A DNA stretch of 64,000 nucleotides, taken from positions 1,143,867 through 1,207,866 of the forward strand of contig OZ245336.1 of assembly GCA_965226095.1 (NCBI GenBank), in the 5' to 3' direction. This document shows positions 10,157 through 21,409 of this stretch, piece after piece. Position numbers and translations under genes: made by a program. The stretch comes from Bdellovibrionales bacterium. GTDB taxonomy: Bacteria; Bdellovibrionota; Bdellovibrionia; Bdellovibrionales; UBA1609. Below the pieces are notes generated by a model. It did not search any database, had not been told where the DNA came from, and was given only the letters and a program-made list of their open reading frames with translations. How positions within the stretch are numbered: position 1 is the stretch's first letter; every line of letters begins with the position of its first letter.

Positions 10157-10648
10157 TTAATAATTATAAGGGTTTTGAGAAGAGTTATTAAAAAGACAAC
10201 TATGAGACTGAACTATTGCATTAAATATATCATACTGGCGTATACTACTCTCACTATGTTTAAAAGGAAGACGAATCTGAAAAGTATTCCCTCTGATATT
10301 ACAAGAGGGCATTTCAATAATTCGATTTTGTATTTCAGCTCTACAATTAAATGGAGTTCTACTTCCACCTAAGCATTTAAAATTGCTATCCAATTGTATA
10401 GTACCCTGTATATTGATATCACCTTCATATTCCATAAGACTGGTTGTATTGTCATATGGAAGTGCAATATTAAGGTCAATACTTTGCACATTTCCCATAT
10501 TTTCTCCTCTTAATCGAACAGTTTGATTCCGTTGTACAGGAGAACCAACAACACCTTTAGACACGCCACGATTTCCATTGGGTGAACCACAACCAATCAA
10601 ACCATCCAACATCAACATTATTATAAATAAGTAAAAACATTTTTTCAT
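10157..10648 (-). CDS. Hypothetical lipoprotein
   Basis: MKKCFYLFII...GLIGC lipobox with AAGGA RBS at ATG 10648; four further Cys. Confidence 0.7.
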   Translation of the reverse strand: MKKCFYLFIIMLMLDGLIGCGSPNGNRGVSKGVVGSPVQRNQTVRLRGENMGNVQSIDLNIALPYDNTTSLMEYEGDINIQGTIQLDSNFKCLGGSRTPFNCRAEIQNRIIEMPSCNIRGNTFQIRLPFKHSESSIRQYDIFNAIVQSHSCLFNNSSQNPYNY

Positions 10649-10667
10649 TTTTAATTCCTTTGTTATG

Positions 10668-11678
10668 TTATTGTATAATAACCAAGTTGTTAAAATCCCT
10701 GACATTAAAAGCTTCTGTTATATCTAATCCTTCAAAATCACCTAATTTAGCGTAACAATTATCATTCGGTTCAATAACCTTATAACGATCAACACCATTG
10801 CCACTTCTCCACGTTCGACAATCATAAGGTCCGATAGTTTTAAACCAACACTTCACCGAAAGATCACTAACCAATGGAAGTTTTTCCTCATACGAGGGAA
10901 GATATTTATTGTATTCAGAAATATAACTTTGAGAATGATTTGTACAAGATGTAGCACCTCTAAAAGTTGTTCTAAACATCATAGTCCAGATACTTCCTCC
11001 TCGTAAATTATCCGGATTAACTGTATTACTATTATCAAGATTTTGAAGTACTGGAGTTTGTCGATCCACTACTAAAATAAGAGCACCTTCATTTTCCTGA
11101 AAAAAACCATGAAAAGCTCTTGGCTCATTCTTATCCTTTTGAAACCAAACATTGTATCTGGCATTATCACCATCTCCTGAATAAAATTGAGCGTAAGGTA
11201 CGCTCCTGGCTCCGGAATCATTATAACTCAGTGTCGCTTTACCTTGGTAATAATCTCCAGTTCCGGCTTTCTCCATATCCACATAAATACGCATATTTTT
11301 TATATCTCTGGAACGAAATGTTCTACCCAGTCTAAAATCTTCGAAAACACTCGAATTAAAATCCATGACAGGAGCACTGACACCCCATCGTCCTTCTCGC
11401 TCACGAATACTATCACTCTTATAAAGAGGATCATCATTTTGAGCATTGTTACTATCATCTTTTCGATCTTCAACTGAATAGACTTCACTTCCTGTGTCTG
11501 GCTGAAAACCTCTGGCATTATTGGCCAACGGAGCATTAGGAGTAACTGTATTGCCACCACCCATACCATTTGCATCAACATTTACATTCACACTAGGTGT
11601 TGAAGGACCGTTTAAATCACACTGTATGAAAAAAACACAAATAAATATAAAAAATCCTAAAACAATAATTTTTTTCAT
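10668..11678 (-). CDS. Hypothetical (lipo)protein
   Basis: 336-aa ORF with an MKKIIVLG...FFIQC signal, a low-complexity linker and a beta-rich domain with four Cys. Confidence 0.75.
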   Translation of the reverse strand: MKKIIVLGFFIFICVFFIQCDLNGPSTPSVNVNVDANGMGGGNTVTPNAPLANNARGFQPDTGSEVYSVEDRKDDSNNAQNDDPLYKSDSIREREGRWGVSAPVMDFNSSVFEDFRLGRTFRSRDIKNMRIYVDMEKAGTGDYYQGKATLSYNDSGARSVPYAQFYSGDGDNARYNVWFQKDKNEPRAFHGFFQENEGALILVVDRQTPVLQNLDNSNTVNPDNLRGGSIWTMMFRTTFRGATSCTNHSQSYISEYNKYLPSYEEKLPLVSDLSVKCWFKTIGPYDCRTWRSGNGVDRYKVIEPNDNCYAKLGDFEGLDITEAFNVRDFNNLVIIQ

Positions 11679-11801
11679 TTCACACTCACAATTATTAAAT
11701 CAAACACCTGTCATTATTGTATAATATAATGACAGTTTTCTCTATTCCCTGAAATTAGCTAAAGGACTTAAGTCTTAGTAACTTATCAGGACTTTATCGA
11801 A

Positions 11802-12563
11802 TTAATCGGTATTTTGTGAGTGTTTATTAAAAATTTCCATGAGGTTCATGGGAACTGGGAAAATAATGGTTCTTGTGCCTTCCCCGGAAATTTCATTAAG
11901 TGCCTGTAAATAGGCCAATTGTATGGCTGCCGGACTGGTTGAGAGAATTCTTGCAGCTGCTGCTAACTTTTCAGACCTTTGGAATTCCCCTTCGGCGCTA
12001 ATCACTTTTGCACGACGTTCTCTTTCCGCTTCCGCCTGCTTGGCCATTGCTCTTTGCATTTCTCTAGGTAAATCAATATGTTTTACCTCGACTTTTGAAA
12101 TTTTAATCCCCCAGGGTTCTGTATCTCTATCTAAGATCTCCTGTAATGACTGATTGATTTTTTCTCTTTGAGAAAGTAAATCATCCATTTGATATTGCCC
12201 TAAAGTAGATCGTAAAGTGGTTTGTGCTGATTGAGCCGTGGCAAAATTATAATCCTCAACCTTAATAATAGCTCTTTCCGGATTGGTAATACGATAATAT
12301 AGAACAGCATTGACCTTTAAACTCACATTATCCAAAGTAATGACATCCTGTGGAGGAATATCCATAGCAATTGTCCTTATATCCACACGAATAAGCCTTT
12401 CCACTCCAGGAATAAGAATAATAATACCAGGACCTCGGACACCTACAGAACGACCAAATCGTAAAACCAGGCCTCTTTGCCATTCAGAAAGAACTTTGAC
12501 ACAGGAAAATACTAAAATAGCCACACCAACTATTAGGTAAATTGTCATACTGGCCATAACCAC
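11802..12563 (-). CDS. SPFH/stomatin (slipin) family protein
   Basis: GPGIIILIP, DVITLDNVSLKVNAV, AQTTLRS and AEAERERRAKVI; paired with nfeD. Confidence 0.95.
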   Translation of the reverse strand: MVMASMTIYLIVGVAILVFSCVKVLSEWQRGLVLRFGRSVGVRGPGIIILIPGVERLIRVDIRTIAMDIPPQDVITLDNVSLKVNAVLYYRITNPERAIIKVEDYNFATAQSAQTTLRSTLGQYQMDDLLSQREKINQSLQEILDRDTEPWGIKISKVEVKHIDLPREMQRAMAKQAEAERERRAKVISAEGEFQRSEKLAAAARILSTSPAAIQLAYLQALNEISGEGTRTIIFPVPMNLMEIFNKHSQNTD

Positions 12564-12571
12564 TCCTTTGT

Positions 12572-14098
12572 TTAAGATTTATGCTTCTCATGAAGAGTCA
12601 CTTCAAGTGTCAGGCCTTTGTAGCATAGCACCTTAACCTTGTCACCAACTTTTACCGACTCCTTAGATTGAAATTTCCAATACTCCCCACTGGCAAGTAT
12701 CTGTCCGGATTTATTATCTTTATATACTTTTATCACTTCAAACAGTTCATTAGGATTCAAAAAATCTTTATTCACTTCTTTATGTTTTTTAATCCTTATC
12801 GTACTCCATGCTAAATAAGTCAACCCAGCCACAATTAATGAAAATACCAAAGTAGTGGCAATAATCACACCAATTGGAATATCCACTCCACCAGTTTTTG
12901 CGGGATCAAAAAGCATCAAACTTCCCACCAAAAAAGATATAACTCCTGCGGCTCCAAAAATACCAAAACCAGTTATAAAAACTTCCGCCAAAAATAGAAG
13001 TATACTTAAAATAATCAAAATTAAACCTCCCATGGAAAAATCCAGTTTATGCATTCCAACGAAAGCTATAACCAAACCAATAGCTCCTAAAATACCAGGT
13101 GCCCCCAAGCCAGGATGTGTGATTTCAAAGTAAATAAGCAATAAACTGCCTGAAAAAAGAATATATGCAATTTGTGGTTCTGTAATCAATGAGATTAATT
13201 TATGTCGAAAACCTAAAGACAGTGGTTGAAGTTCTCCCACTTTAACAGTCGTTTCAAGTCCATCTCTAACTATGGTTTTTCTGCCCTCAGCAAACTGTAA
13301 AAACTCCCACTTTGTTTTTCCTACAAAATCCAAGGCTTTTTCCTTAACTGCCTCTGTTGCACTCAGTGCTTTAGCCTCTGTAATGATCTCTTTACCAAAC
13401 TTTTGACTACGTTTTCTAAGCTTTGTGAGGGCATCCAACCAGGAAGTGGCGTCGTTAATCAGTTTCTTTCTCAGATCCTTTTGTGCATCTTTACCACCCA
13501 TAGTGATAGGTGTAGCCGCTCCAATATTAGTAGTATCCAAACCTCCGTTGACATGACAAGCTTGCATAATAATAGCTCCAGCACTACCAGCATGAGCTCC
13601 CGCAGGGTGTATAAGACAGAGAACCGGAAATTCTACATTTAAAATTCGATCTACAATTTTTCGAGTACTTAATAATACTCCACCAGGAGTATTAATGAGC
13701 AATAATAGAGAAGAACAGTTATTCTTTCGTACTTTTCGAATGGCTCTGTCCATATTATCCAGTGTAGCTGCTCCAATGACTCCTTCTATTTTCAACTCCA
13801 CGGTACAAATTACTTTTATTTCTTTTTTCTCCTGCCGATTCTCTGGTGAAACAGGACCTATCTTCTTTTTTTCCTCTTGTTTAAGCGGATTGGAATTTAA
13901 TTTTTCAAACAATCTATCTATCAGTTCTTGAGCTACCCCTTTTCGCGTTCTCTGTGTGTCTTTTTTTGAAACAGTATCTGTTTTATCTGCTGGAGTTGAT
14001 TTTTTATTTTCTAAATTATCTGCAAATGCGGTAAAAAATACAATTAAGCCAAAAAAACAACACAAAATGACTAAAAAAGTCTTTATTTTCAAGTACAT
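12572..14098 (-). CDS. nfeD: NfeD membrane-bound serine protease (long form)
   Basis: INTPGG, AGSAG, IGAATPI, a TM block and a C-terminal OB domain (GEYW, VGDKVKV); directly upstream of the slipin gene. Confidence 0.92.
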   Translation of the reverse strand: MYLKIKTFLVILCCFFGLIVFFTAFADNLENKKSTPADKTDTVSKKDTQRTRKGVAQELIDRLFEKLNSNPLKQEEKKKIGPVSPENRQEKKEIKVICTVELKIEGVIGAATLDNMDRAIRKVRKNNCSSLLLLINTPGGVLLSTRKIVDRILNVEFPVLCLIHPAGAHAGSAGAIIMQACHVNGGLDTTNIGAATPITMGGKDAQKDLRKKLINDATSWLDALTKLRKRSQKFGKEIITEAKALSATEAVKEKALDFVGKTKWEFLQFAEGRKTIVRDGLETTVKVGELQPLSLGFRHKLISLITEPQIAYILFSGSLLLIYFEITHPGLGAPGILGAIGLVIAFVGMHKLDFSMGGLILIILSILLFLAEVFITGFGIFGAAGVISFLVGSLMLFDPAKTGGVDIPIGVIIATTLVFSLIVAGLTYLAWSTIRIKKHKEVNKDFLNPNELFEVIKVYKDNKSGQILASGEYWKFQSKESVKVGDKVKVLCYKGLTLEVTLHEKHKS

Positions 14099-14107
14099 AT
14101 CCAGCTC

Positions 14108-14136
14108 ATTCTAGCGGGAGTCTTTTAAGAAGTCTA
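14108..14136 (-). promoter_or_regulatory. Sigma70-like promoter of nfeD
   Basis: TAGACT-17 bp-TAGAAT ending 9 nt before the ATG. Confidence 0.55.
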
Positions 14137-14161
14137 TTTCTAAATATATTTGAAAAAAAGC

Positions 14162-14845
14162 TTAACTGTGAGATGTAGAGAAAGGTTGAAGTAGCTTTTG
14201 ATGAAGATCTTCTCTCTCATCTATATTATTCAGTAATTCTCTTAGATTGGTTTTGAATACATAATCTATATTACAAACAAACTTACCATCCTGAATTTTA
14301 CACTCATAATCTGAAGAAGAAATACTTTTTTCTATACTATATAAAGGTAACACCACATCATAAAGATAAAGCATACCAAGCAATACACCTCTCTTTTTAT
14401 CATTTTCAAAATACACAGATAAACTTTCCCCATCCTCAGATAAATTGGATTTAACTACCACTTCTCTTAAAGGAGCATCATTAGGGTCCTGAAATAAAGG
14501 ACTGTTTCTATCAAACATGGAACGATCGTCCGGTTTAATTGTGGGAGGCAGCTCAAAAAGCACTTCATCATTGGGAAATACAGTTATAAATCTTTCAAAT
14601 TTCTGGATTTTATCTTCTCCCTTTCCATTATAAACAACACGGGAAAAACCATTTCTTTCAGAAACGACCATGATCTGAAAATTCGTATTAATCTTTTTAA
14701 GATTATACTTCTCGTCTTCAGCAGACCATTGATAGGTGTCCAACACACGAGCTGTTATACGAAATTCAGCGTCCTTTGGGATCATGTAAGAACTGGCCCA
14801 AGCTGAAGATAGGAACATACTAATAAATACTACTTTTTTCATCAT
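14162..14845 (-). CDS. Hypothetical secreted protein
   Basis: 227-aa ORF with signal peptide ending AWA; one Cys pair. Confidence 0.75.
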   Translation of the reverse strand: MMKKVVFISMFLSSAWASSYMIPKDAEFRITARVLDTYQWSAEDEKYNLKKINTNFQIMVVSERNGFSRVVYNGKGEDKIQKFERFITVFPNDEVLFELPPTIKPDDRSMFDRNSPLFQDPNDAPLREVVVKSNLSEDGESLSVYFENDKKRGVLLGMLYLYDVVLPLYSIEKSISSSDYECKIQDGKFVCNIDYVFKTNLRELLNNIDEREDLHQKLLQPFSTSHS

Positions 14846-15038
14846 CTAATAGAGAGTGTGAGAGCATAGGAATTCTGTCAATACCCTTATTTTATTTTTT
14901 TTGTACTTTTCAAGTATCCTGCGAAATAAATACCCTTTAGGACTTATTTTATATATATTTTTTACATCTATATAAAATCTATACAGGTTAACCAAATAAA
15001 TTGTTTTACCTTTGATAAACTAAACTTATAACTCAGCT

Positions 15039-16961
15039 TTATTTTACATCCTTAAAATCTGCATCCACCACATCTTCCTTATCACCACCATCAGATGATG
15101 AATCGGTGTCTGAAGCTTTTGACTCAGGTTCAGGGCTCATACCTTCTTCTCCGCCCGTAGACTTGGAGGCTGTGTAAACCTCCTGACCAACCTCACGACT
15201 GATAATTTGAAGCTTTTCGAGTATAGTGTCGTAATCCTCCACACTGGCAGTATCTGATTTTAAGTCCTTGGCCTCTGTCAAAACTTTATTTGCTTTATCC
15301 ACTATATCTTCCTTTAGGATTTTCTTATTCTCCATTATCATCTTTTCAAGTTTATACATCTCATTATCCAATTGGTTTTTTTTATTAATTCTTTCTTTTT
15401 TCTTTTTATCCTCTTCAGAATGAACCTCTGCATCTTTTACCAATTGCTCAATATCTTTTTCACTTAATCCAGGTTTATTAATCTTAATAGATTGGTTCTT
15501 TCCTGTTGCTTTATTTTGAGCCGTTACATTAATCGTGCCATCAGCATCAATATAAAATTTCACTTCAATTTGAGGTGCCCCACGAGGAGCTGGCGCAATA
15601 TCAGAAAGTTCAAATTCACCTAATAGTTTATTGTCTTTAATCATTTCCCTCTCACCTTGAAACACGCGAATATTCACTCCTGGCTGATTGTCTTCTGCTG
15701 TAGAAAAAATTTGCGTTTTTTCACTGGGGATTGTTGTATTTCTATCTATCAATCGGGTCATCACTCCTCCCAATGTTTCTATTCCTAGTGACAGAGGAGT
15801 CACATCCAACAACAGAACATCTCTAATTTCCTCCGTAAAAACACCTCCCTGAACAGCCGCTCCCATAGCCACCACCTCATCTGGATTAACAGATTTATTT
15901 GGTTCTTTACCAAAAAACTTCTTAATGGCTTCCTGAACAGCTGGAATTCTGGTGGAACCACCCACCAAGATAATTTCATCAATATCAGATACAGAAAAAC
16001 TCCCATCTTTAAGAGCTAATTTACAAGGTTCAATAGATCTTTGCACCAAATCAGCCGTGAGTTGATCAAATTTGAATCGACTCAGTTTCATATCCAGATG
16101 TTTAGGGCCGGAAGAATCTGCTGTAATAAATGGCAGACTTATATGTGTTTCCTGTACAGAACTTAGTTCTACTTTTGCTTTTTCAGCATGTTCTCTCAGC
16201 CTTTGCATAGCCATTTTATCCTGGTATAAATCAATTCCAGAGCTTTTTTTAAACTCATTAACCATCCAATCCATAATAGCAACATCAAAGTCATCCCCTC
16301 CAAGGAATGTATCCCCATTAGTGGACTTCACTTCAATAAGGTCATCTGCCACTTCCAGGATGGAAATATCAAAAGTACCTCCACCAAAATCATACACTGC
16401 CACCTTTTTATTTACCTTTTTATCCAAACCATAAAACATGGCAGCTGCTGTGGGTTCATTAATAATTCTTTTCACTTCAAAGCCTGCGATTCGTCCAGCA
16501 TCTTTGGTGGCTTGTCTTTGAGCATTGTTAAAATATGCTGGAACAGTGATCACTGCTTCTTTAACCTTCTGACCAAGATACTCTTCAGCATCCTCTTTAA
16601 GTTTAGCTAAAATAAAACTGGCTATTTCCTCACAACTATAGACTTTATCCTTAATACTAAAACCACATTCACCGGATTTAGTGGCAACCACTTTATATGG
16701 AATTTTTTTGACAGCTTCTTTGACATCTTTAAGCTGCTTCCCAATAAAGCGTTTGGAAGAAAAAATAGTCATCTCAGGGTGAATAACCGCCTGTCTTTTA
16801 GCTAGAGCGCCTACTAATCTTTCTCCATTCTTATTCCAAGCAACAACAGAGGGTGTTGTTCGGCTTCCCTCCGAGTTGGCAATCACCTTTGGTCTGCCTC
16901 CCTCAATCACGGAGATCACTGAATTTGTTGTTCCTAAGTCAATTCCAACTACTTTGTGCAT
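15039..16961 (-). CDS. dnaK: Chaperone DnaK (Hsp70)
   Basis: [24 protein letters not shown] and LVGGSTRIP; AAGGAG RBS. Confidence 0.99.
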   Translation of the reverse strand: MHKVVGIDLGTTNSVISVIEGGRPKVIANSEGSRTTPSVVAWNKNGERLVGALAKRQAVIHPEMTIFSSKRFIGKQLKDVKEAVKKIPYKVVATKSGECGFSIKDKVYSCEEIASFILAKLKEDAEEYLGQKVKEAVITVPAYFNNAQRQATKDAGRIAGFEVKRIINEPTAAAMFYGLDKKVNKKVAVYDFGGGTFDISILEVADDLIEVKSTNGDTFLGGDDFDVAIMDWMVNEFKKSSGIDLYQDKMAMQRLREHAEKAKVELSSVQETHISLPFITADSSGPKHLDMKLSRFKFDQLTADLVQRSIEPCKLALKDGSFSVSDIDEIILVGGSTRIPAVQEAIKKFFGKEPNKSVNPDEVVAMGAAVQGGVFTEEIRDVLLLDVTPLSLGIETLGGVMTRLIDRNTTIPSEKTQIFSTAEDNQPGVNIRVFQGEREMIKDNKLLGEFELSDIAPAPRGAPQIEVKFYIDADGTINVTAQNKATGKNQSIKINKPGLSEKDIEQLVKDAEVHSEEDKKKKERINKKNQLDNEMYKLEKMIMENKKILKEDIVDKANKVLTEAKDLKSDTASVEDYDTILEKLQIISREVGQEVYTASKSTGGEEGMSPEPESKASDTDSSSDGGDKEDVVDADFKDVK

Positions 16962-16991
16962 GGGTAACTCCTTGTTAGTATTGTCTTTCCA

Positions 16992-17019
16992 TTAACAATT
17001 AATATTTTTCGACTGCTAA
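16992..17019 (-). promoter_or_regulatory. Degenerate CIRCE-like inverted repeat upstream of dnaK
   Basis: Minus strand TTAGCAGTC-N10-AATTGTTAA versus consensus TTAGCACTC-N9-GAGTGCTAA. One good arm; spacer is 1 nt too long. Confidence 0.25.
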
Positions 17020-17099
17020 AAGATAAACTGGTTCTATTGATTATAAAGTCAAGTTTTTATTATATTTTTTAATTTTTCTTCACTTTATATCGCTTTTTT

Positions 17100-18197
17100 C
17101 TAATCAAATAAAACAGTTTCATTATTTAATTTGGCAATTTCCTTTAAATATTCTTTTTCTTTTCTCTTCAATTTATTTGGAAATTTAACCTGAACGAAAT
17201 ATTTTAAACTTCCTTTTGTTCTTCCGTATAAATCAGAAAAACCTTCTCGTTTAAATTCTATAAATTCTCCCGGCTGTATACCAGGAGGAATATCTATTTC
17301 TTTTTGTCCGGTTGGAGTAGACACTTTTACTTTAGCCCCCAAAAGAGCCTGGACATAAGAAATAGTAACCTGACCAATCAAATCCTGACCTTCTCTTTTT
17401 AAATGCTTATCCGGTTTGACCTGAATAGCTACATAAAGATCACCAGACGGACCTCCTCTATATCCTGACTCTCCTTTTTGATTCAACCTAAGTTGAAGAC
17501 CTGTATCCACACCTGCAGGGATTTTTACACTCACTTTTTCCTTACATTTCTTTCTACCGGTACCAAAACACTGACTACAGGGAGTTTCAATAACACTCCC
17601 TTCTCCCTGGCAGGTGGGACAGGAAGAGGAAAAAGCAAAAAAACCCTGTTGACGAGTCAGTCTTCCTGTCCCTTTACACTCCAAACAACTTTTCCGTTTA
17701 GTACCAGATTTGGCACCAGAACCCTTACAAGAATCACAACTTCTATCCACATTATAGCTAATTGTTTTTTCTACCCCTTTCAAAGCCTCCATAAGAGATA
17801 TTTGCAGATGATAACGCATATCTGATCCACGCGAAGCAGATCCAGCTTTTGTACTGGAAAAGGAAAAACGATCATTAAATAAGCCTCCGCCAAAAAAATC
17901 CCCACCATCAAAAATATCTCTAAAAGAACTGAAAATGTCCTGAATATCTGAAAAACCTGCCTGCCCAAATTGAGAATTAACACCGGCATGACCAAATTGA
18001 TCGTATTGTTTCCTTTTTTCAGGATTCCCCAATACCTCATAAGCGGCAGCGGCTTCTTTAAACTTCTTCTCAGCAGATTTATTCCCTTCATTTCTGTCTG
18101 GATGGAATTTAATGGCTTTGGATCTAAAAGCTTTTTTTATATCTGCTTGAGTGCTGTTTCTTGGAACATCCAATATTTCATAATAATCTTTTTCCAT
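17100..18197 (-). CDS. dnaJ: Chaperone DnaJ
   Basis: J domain with HPD, G/F region and four CxxCxGxG repeats. Confidence 0.98.
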   Translation of the reverse strand: MEKDYYEILDVPRNSTQADIKKAFRSKAIKFHPDRNEGNKSAEKKFKEAAAAYEVLGNPEKRKQYDQFGHAGVNSQFGQAGFSDIQDIFSSFRDIFDGGDFFGGGLFNDRFSFSSTKAGSASRGSDMRYHLQISLMEALKGVEKTISYNVDRSCDSCKGSGAKSGTKRKSCLECKGTGRLTRQQGFFAFSSSCPTCQGEGSVIETPCSQCFGTGRKKCKEKVSVKIPAGVDTGLQLRLNQKGESGYRGGPSGDLYVAIQVKPDKHLKREGQDLIGQVTISYVQALLGAKVKVSTPTGQKEIDIPPGIQPGEFIEFKREGFSDLYGRTKGSLKYFVQVKFPNKLKRKEKEYLKEIAKLNNETVLFD

Positions 18198-18356
18198 TAT
18201 CTTTTTAAAATGATGACAAAACCAGCCAGGTCAAGCTGTAAACCAAAAAAAGGCCTCATTTTATTTAGGCCTCCCCGATTCTTAAAGATTCGGGATTTAT
18301 ACCAATATAATTATTCGTACACTTTTGTATTTTTCTTTAGCGCTTTTATAACTTAC

Positions 18357-19022
18357 TTATTGAGCTTTTGAGCGTGTTTCTTCTCTAAGTTCCTTCAATT
18401 GTTTTTCCACTTGACGTCTTTGTTTTTCACTCAAATCCCTTTTTAGAAGGTTTTGCAAAATCATTTCCCCTAACATTTGATTGCCGCTTTCGCTATGTTT
18501 TTTAGCAGATAGATTATAGAGCCATTCAGGTCCTCCGTTTTCTGCCGCTTGGTAAGCATGATAAGCCGCCCGTTCAGGATTATTAATATCCACCGTATAT
18601 AAATACGAGATATATAGGTTCATTTGCCAATCGTTGGGAAAATATTTCAATCCTTTTAATAAAAGTTTTTCTGCACCTTTAATATCCCCTGTAAACACAC
18701 TTAAAACACTGGCAGAGATAGTATAAACAGGGTTAAAACGAGGAGCCAATTCAGTGATAGAATCCACCATACGAAAACCCCAACCCAATTCACAATGTTT
18801 TTTATCTCCTTTGTAGACTGGTATGCCTTTTTTAAATGAACAAAAATCAGCAGATTGAAGATATCTCAGCCAAAGCAGATTAGCCATAAAATCATTATAA
18901 CCCAGGCTTAAATGTTGCATAATACTAGGTGGCGCAAAATATAAAGGCTTCTTTTTTATATCAACTACTTCACCAAAAAAAGTGATCCCAACCAGGGAAA
19001 TTAAAAAAAATATTAACTTCAT
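18357..19022 (-). CDS. Pilin-associated TPR-like protein (deltaproteobacterial PilG-like)
   Basis: N-terminal TM, LGYNDFMANLLWLRYLQ, ITELAPRF and KGLKYFPNDW helical repeats; adjacent to the pilin. ATG 19022 preferred over the track start. Confidence 0.6.
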   Translation of the reverse strand: MKLIFFLISLVGITFFGEVVDIKKKPLYFAPPSIMQHLSLGYNDFMANLLWLRYLQSADFCSFKKGIPVYKGDKKHCELGWGFRMVDSITELAPRFNPVYTISASVLSVFTGDIKGAEKLLLKGLKYFPNDWQMNLYISYLYTVDINNPERAAYHAYQAAENGGPEWLYNLSAKKHSESGNQMLGEMILQNLLKRDLSEKQRRQVEKQLKELREETRSKAQ

Positions 19023-19111
19023 ACGAAAAATTGTAACTAAAATTCCACTATTTTCAACAAAATATCTCTTTAAATCTTGTAAAGCGTAAAAAAACAGATA
19101 CACTAAATATT

Positions 19112-19756
19112 ATGAAAAAATTAAATAAAAAAGGATTTACACTCATTGAACTATTGACGGCTATGTTCATTGTTGGAGTTCTATCAGCCATTGCCATACC
19201 TTCTTATAGAAAAATGAAAGCCAATGCCAGAACTACGGAAGCCAAAACCCATTTAGGGCAATTACACATTGCCGAGAAATCGTTTTTTATACAATGGGGT
19301 TGTTATATTTCTGATTTGAAAACCATTGGTTTCAAGCCGGAAGGGGAATTACTTTACAATGTAGGGTTTAATCAAGCTACTCCGGATGTAACTGGAGGTG
19401 TTGTACCTACAGGTCACCCCTGCCAAAACTACAATGGACCGGATATTACAGGTACTGACAATGATTTATATGAAATATGTGGGCAACAAATCGGTACCGG
19501 CACCAAATTAAAAAGTTGCGGCTTTATCTATAAGGGAACTGGCTTTCAACCACCTGATACTCCTGTAAATAGCGCAACTCTTCCAAATACAAATGGAAGT
19601 GTACTCAATGACCCTTCGTGTGCTCCCTGTTTTACAGCTGTTGCCATTGCTGATGTTAACAATCCACTTGCCCCCCCCATAACCAATAATATCTGGACCA
19701 TTGATAATTACAAAAGAATTGTGCAAGTACAGGATATCGATGGTATCTTAAGGTAG
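19112..19756 (+). CDS. pilA: Type IVa pilin
   Basis: Prepilin cleavage motif KKG/FTLIELL, AIAIPSY, ARTTEAKTHL; six Cys in the head. Confidence 0.88.
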   Translation: MKKLNKKGFTLIELLTAMFIVGVLSAIAIPSYRKMKANARTTEAKTHLGQLHIAEKSFFIQWGCYISDLKTIGFKPEGELLYNVGFNQATPDVTGGVVPTGHPCQNYNGPDITGTDNDLYEICGQQIGTGTKLKSCGFIYKGTGFQPPDTPVNSATLPNTNGSVLNDPSCAPCFTAVAIADVNNPLAPPITNNIWTIDNYKRIVQVQDIDGILR

Positions 19757-19851
19757 TTGCAACATTAAAAAAAATAATTGATTTTTATCTCTAATATGCT
19801 AGTTTGAAGTTGTTTTTTATGCATACCAACACAACCCTGTAGAAAGAATTT

Positions 19852-20778
19852 ATGAAAAATTTTGGAGTATTTTTTAAACGCACTGTCTTTTTTCTAGCCA
19901 CTAACTTTATTATCACAGCCACTTTATTTATTGTTGCCAATCTGGTGATGAATCATTTTCAAATAGAAGTACAAGGCTTGAATTTCTATATTATTTTTTA
20001 CTCTATTATAGGAATGGGTGGATCTTTTATCAGTTTGTGGATGTCTAAATCACTGGCCATCCGGGCCATGGGTGTGAAGCTGATTGATAATAAACAACCA
20101 ATTAGTCAGGAATATTTACACTTAGTGGAAAAAGTACACTTTTTAGCTAATAAAGCCGGCCTGCCGGTAAAACCAGATGTGGGCATTTATGATAGCCCTG
20201 ACGTCAATGCCTTCGCCACCGGCCCCAGTAAGAAAAATTCTTTAGTGGCTGTCTCCACCGGTCTACTTCAACACATGAACAGCGAAGAAGTGGAAGGAGT
20301 ATTGGCTCATGAAGTGGCCCACATTGCCAATGGAGATATGGTCACCATGTGTTTAATACAAGGGGTTGTGAACACAATGGTGTATATTATCGCTGATGTT
20401 TTAACAAATATGATTATCGCGGCAATGAAAGTGCGTAGAAGTTTTTTTATGTACATAATCATCAGGCAAATAGTTGCCAGCCTGCTGTATATTCCAGGTT
20501 CCATGTTGGTTTGCTTTTTTTCCAGATGGAGGGAGTTTCGAGCAGATTATGGTGGAGCAAAATTTGCTGGCAAAGGCAAAATGACAGCAGCTCTTCGATC
20601 ATTAGCTCAAATTAGTCAAAATAATGCACTGTTGGCTCGACAGGAACCAAAACAAAGTACCAAATACAACTATTTAAAAATCAACAGTAATAAAAAATCT
20701 TCATTGATTAGCCGGCTCTTCAGTACTCACCCACCTATTGAGACACGTATCCGTCGCCTCCAATACTCTGTCTTATAA
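19852..20778 (+). CDS. htpX: Membrane zinc protease HtpX (M48)
   Basis: NAFATG, HEVAH, NGDMVT, SRWREFRAD and STHPP. Confidence 0.96.
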   Translation: MKNFGVFFKRTVFFLATNFIITATLFIVANLVMNHFQIEVQGLNFYIIFYSIIGMGGSFISLWMSKSLAIRAMGVKLIDNKQPISQEYLHLVEKVHFLANKAGLPVKPDVGIYDSPDVNAFATGPSKKNSLVAVSTGLLQHMNSEEVEGVLAHEVAHIANGDMVTMCLIQGVVNTMVYIIADVLTNMIIAAMKVRRSFFMYIIIRQIVASLLYIPGSMLVCFFSRWREFRADYGGAKFAGKGKMTAALRSLAQISQNNALLARQEPKQSTKYNYLKINSNKKSSLISRLFSTHPPIETRIRRLQYSVL

Positions 20779-20785
20779 CTTATAT

Positions 20786-21409
20786 TTATAGAGCAGATAA
20801 AAATGGTTCTAATTTTTTAAAATGATCTTTTAAAACTGCTGGTTTTATTTTTTTCAAAACCGGCAGTTCCAATAAAACAGGAATATTTCCAATAACTTCA
20901 ATATCCCTTTTATTATCAGGATGTGGCTTCCCCACCATAATAATACCTAAAATATTAATATTGCTAGTTCTTAAAGCTTTTAAAGTCAGAAAACTGTGAT
21001 TCAGTGTACCTAAGCCGCTTCGAGCAACAATAATCACTGGTGCACTCAATTGAACTATTAAATCCAACATGTTCTCTTTTTCATTAAAAGGCACAAGTAA
21101 GCCTCCAGCTCCTTCTATCACCAAATGAGAACAATCTTTTTTATAGGAGTTCACTAAAACATCCTTTTCAATAGATATACCGTCTACCTGAGCCGCCTGA
21201 TTAGGAGAACAAGCTTTTTTTAAATTATAGGTAGATGGATAAATATTTTCCTTAGGGATAAGTTGAGCCATGACTTCATTATCTGTGCAGGGATCAGAGC
21301 CAGCCTGAATAGGCTTCCAATAATGAGCCGGCCAGGATAAACACAAACCGGCTGACACAATGGTTTTTCCCACATCCGTATCTGTGCCGGTAACAAAAAT
21401 ACTTTTCAT
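20786..21409 (-). CDS. bioD: Dethiobiotin synthase
   Basis: FVTGTDTDVGKT, WKPIQAG, IEGAGG and LGTLNH. Confidence 0.95.
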   Translation of the reverse strand: MKSIFVTGTDTDVGKTIVSAGLCLSWPAHYWKPIQAGSDPCTDNEVMAQLIPKENIYPSTYNLKKACSPNQAAQVDGISIEKDVLVNSYKKDCSHLVIEGAGGLLVPFNEKENMLDLIVQLSAPVIIVARSGLGTLNHSFLTLKALRTSNINILGIIMVGKPHPDNKRDIEVIGNIPVLLELPVLKKIKPAVLKDHFKKLEPFLSAL

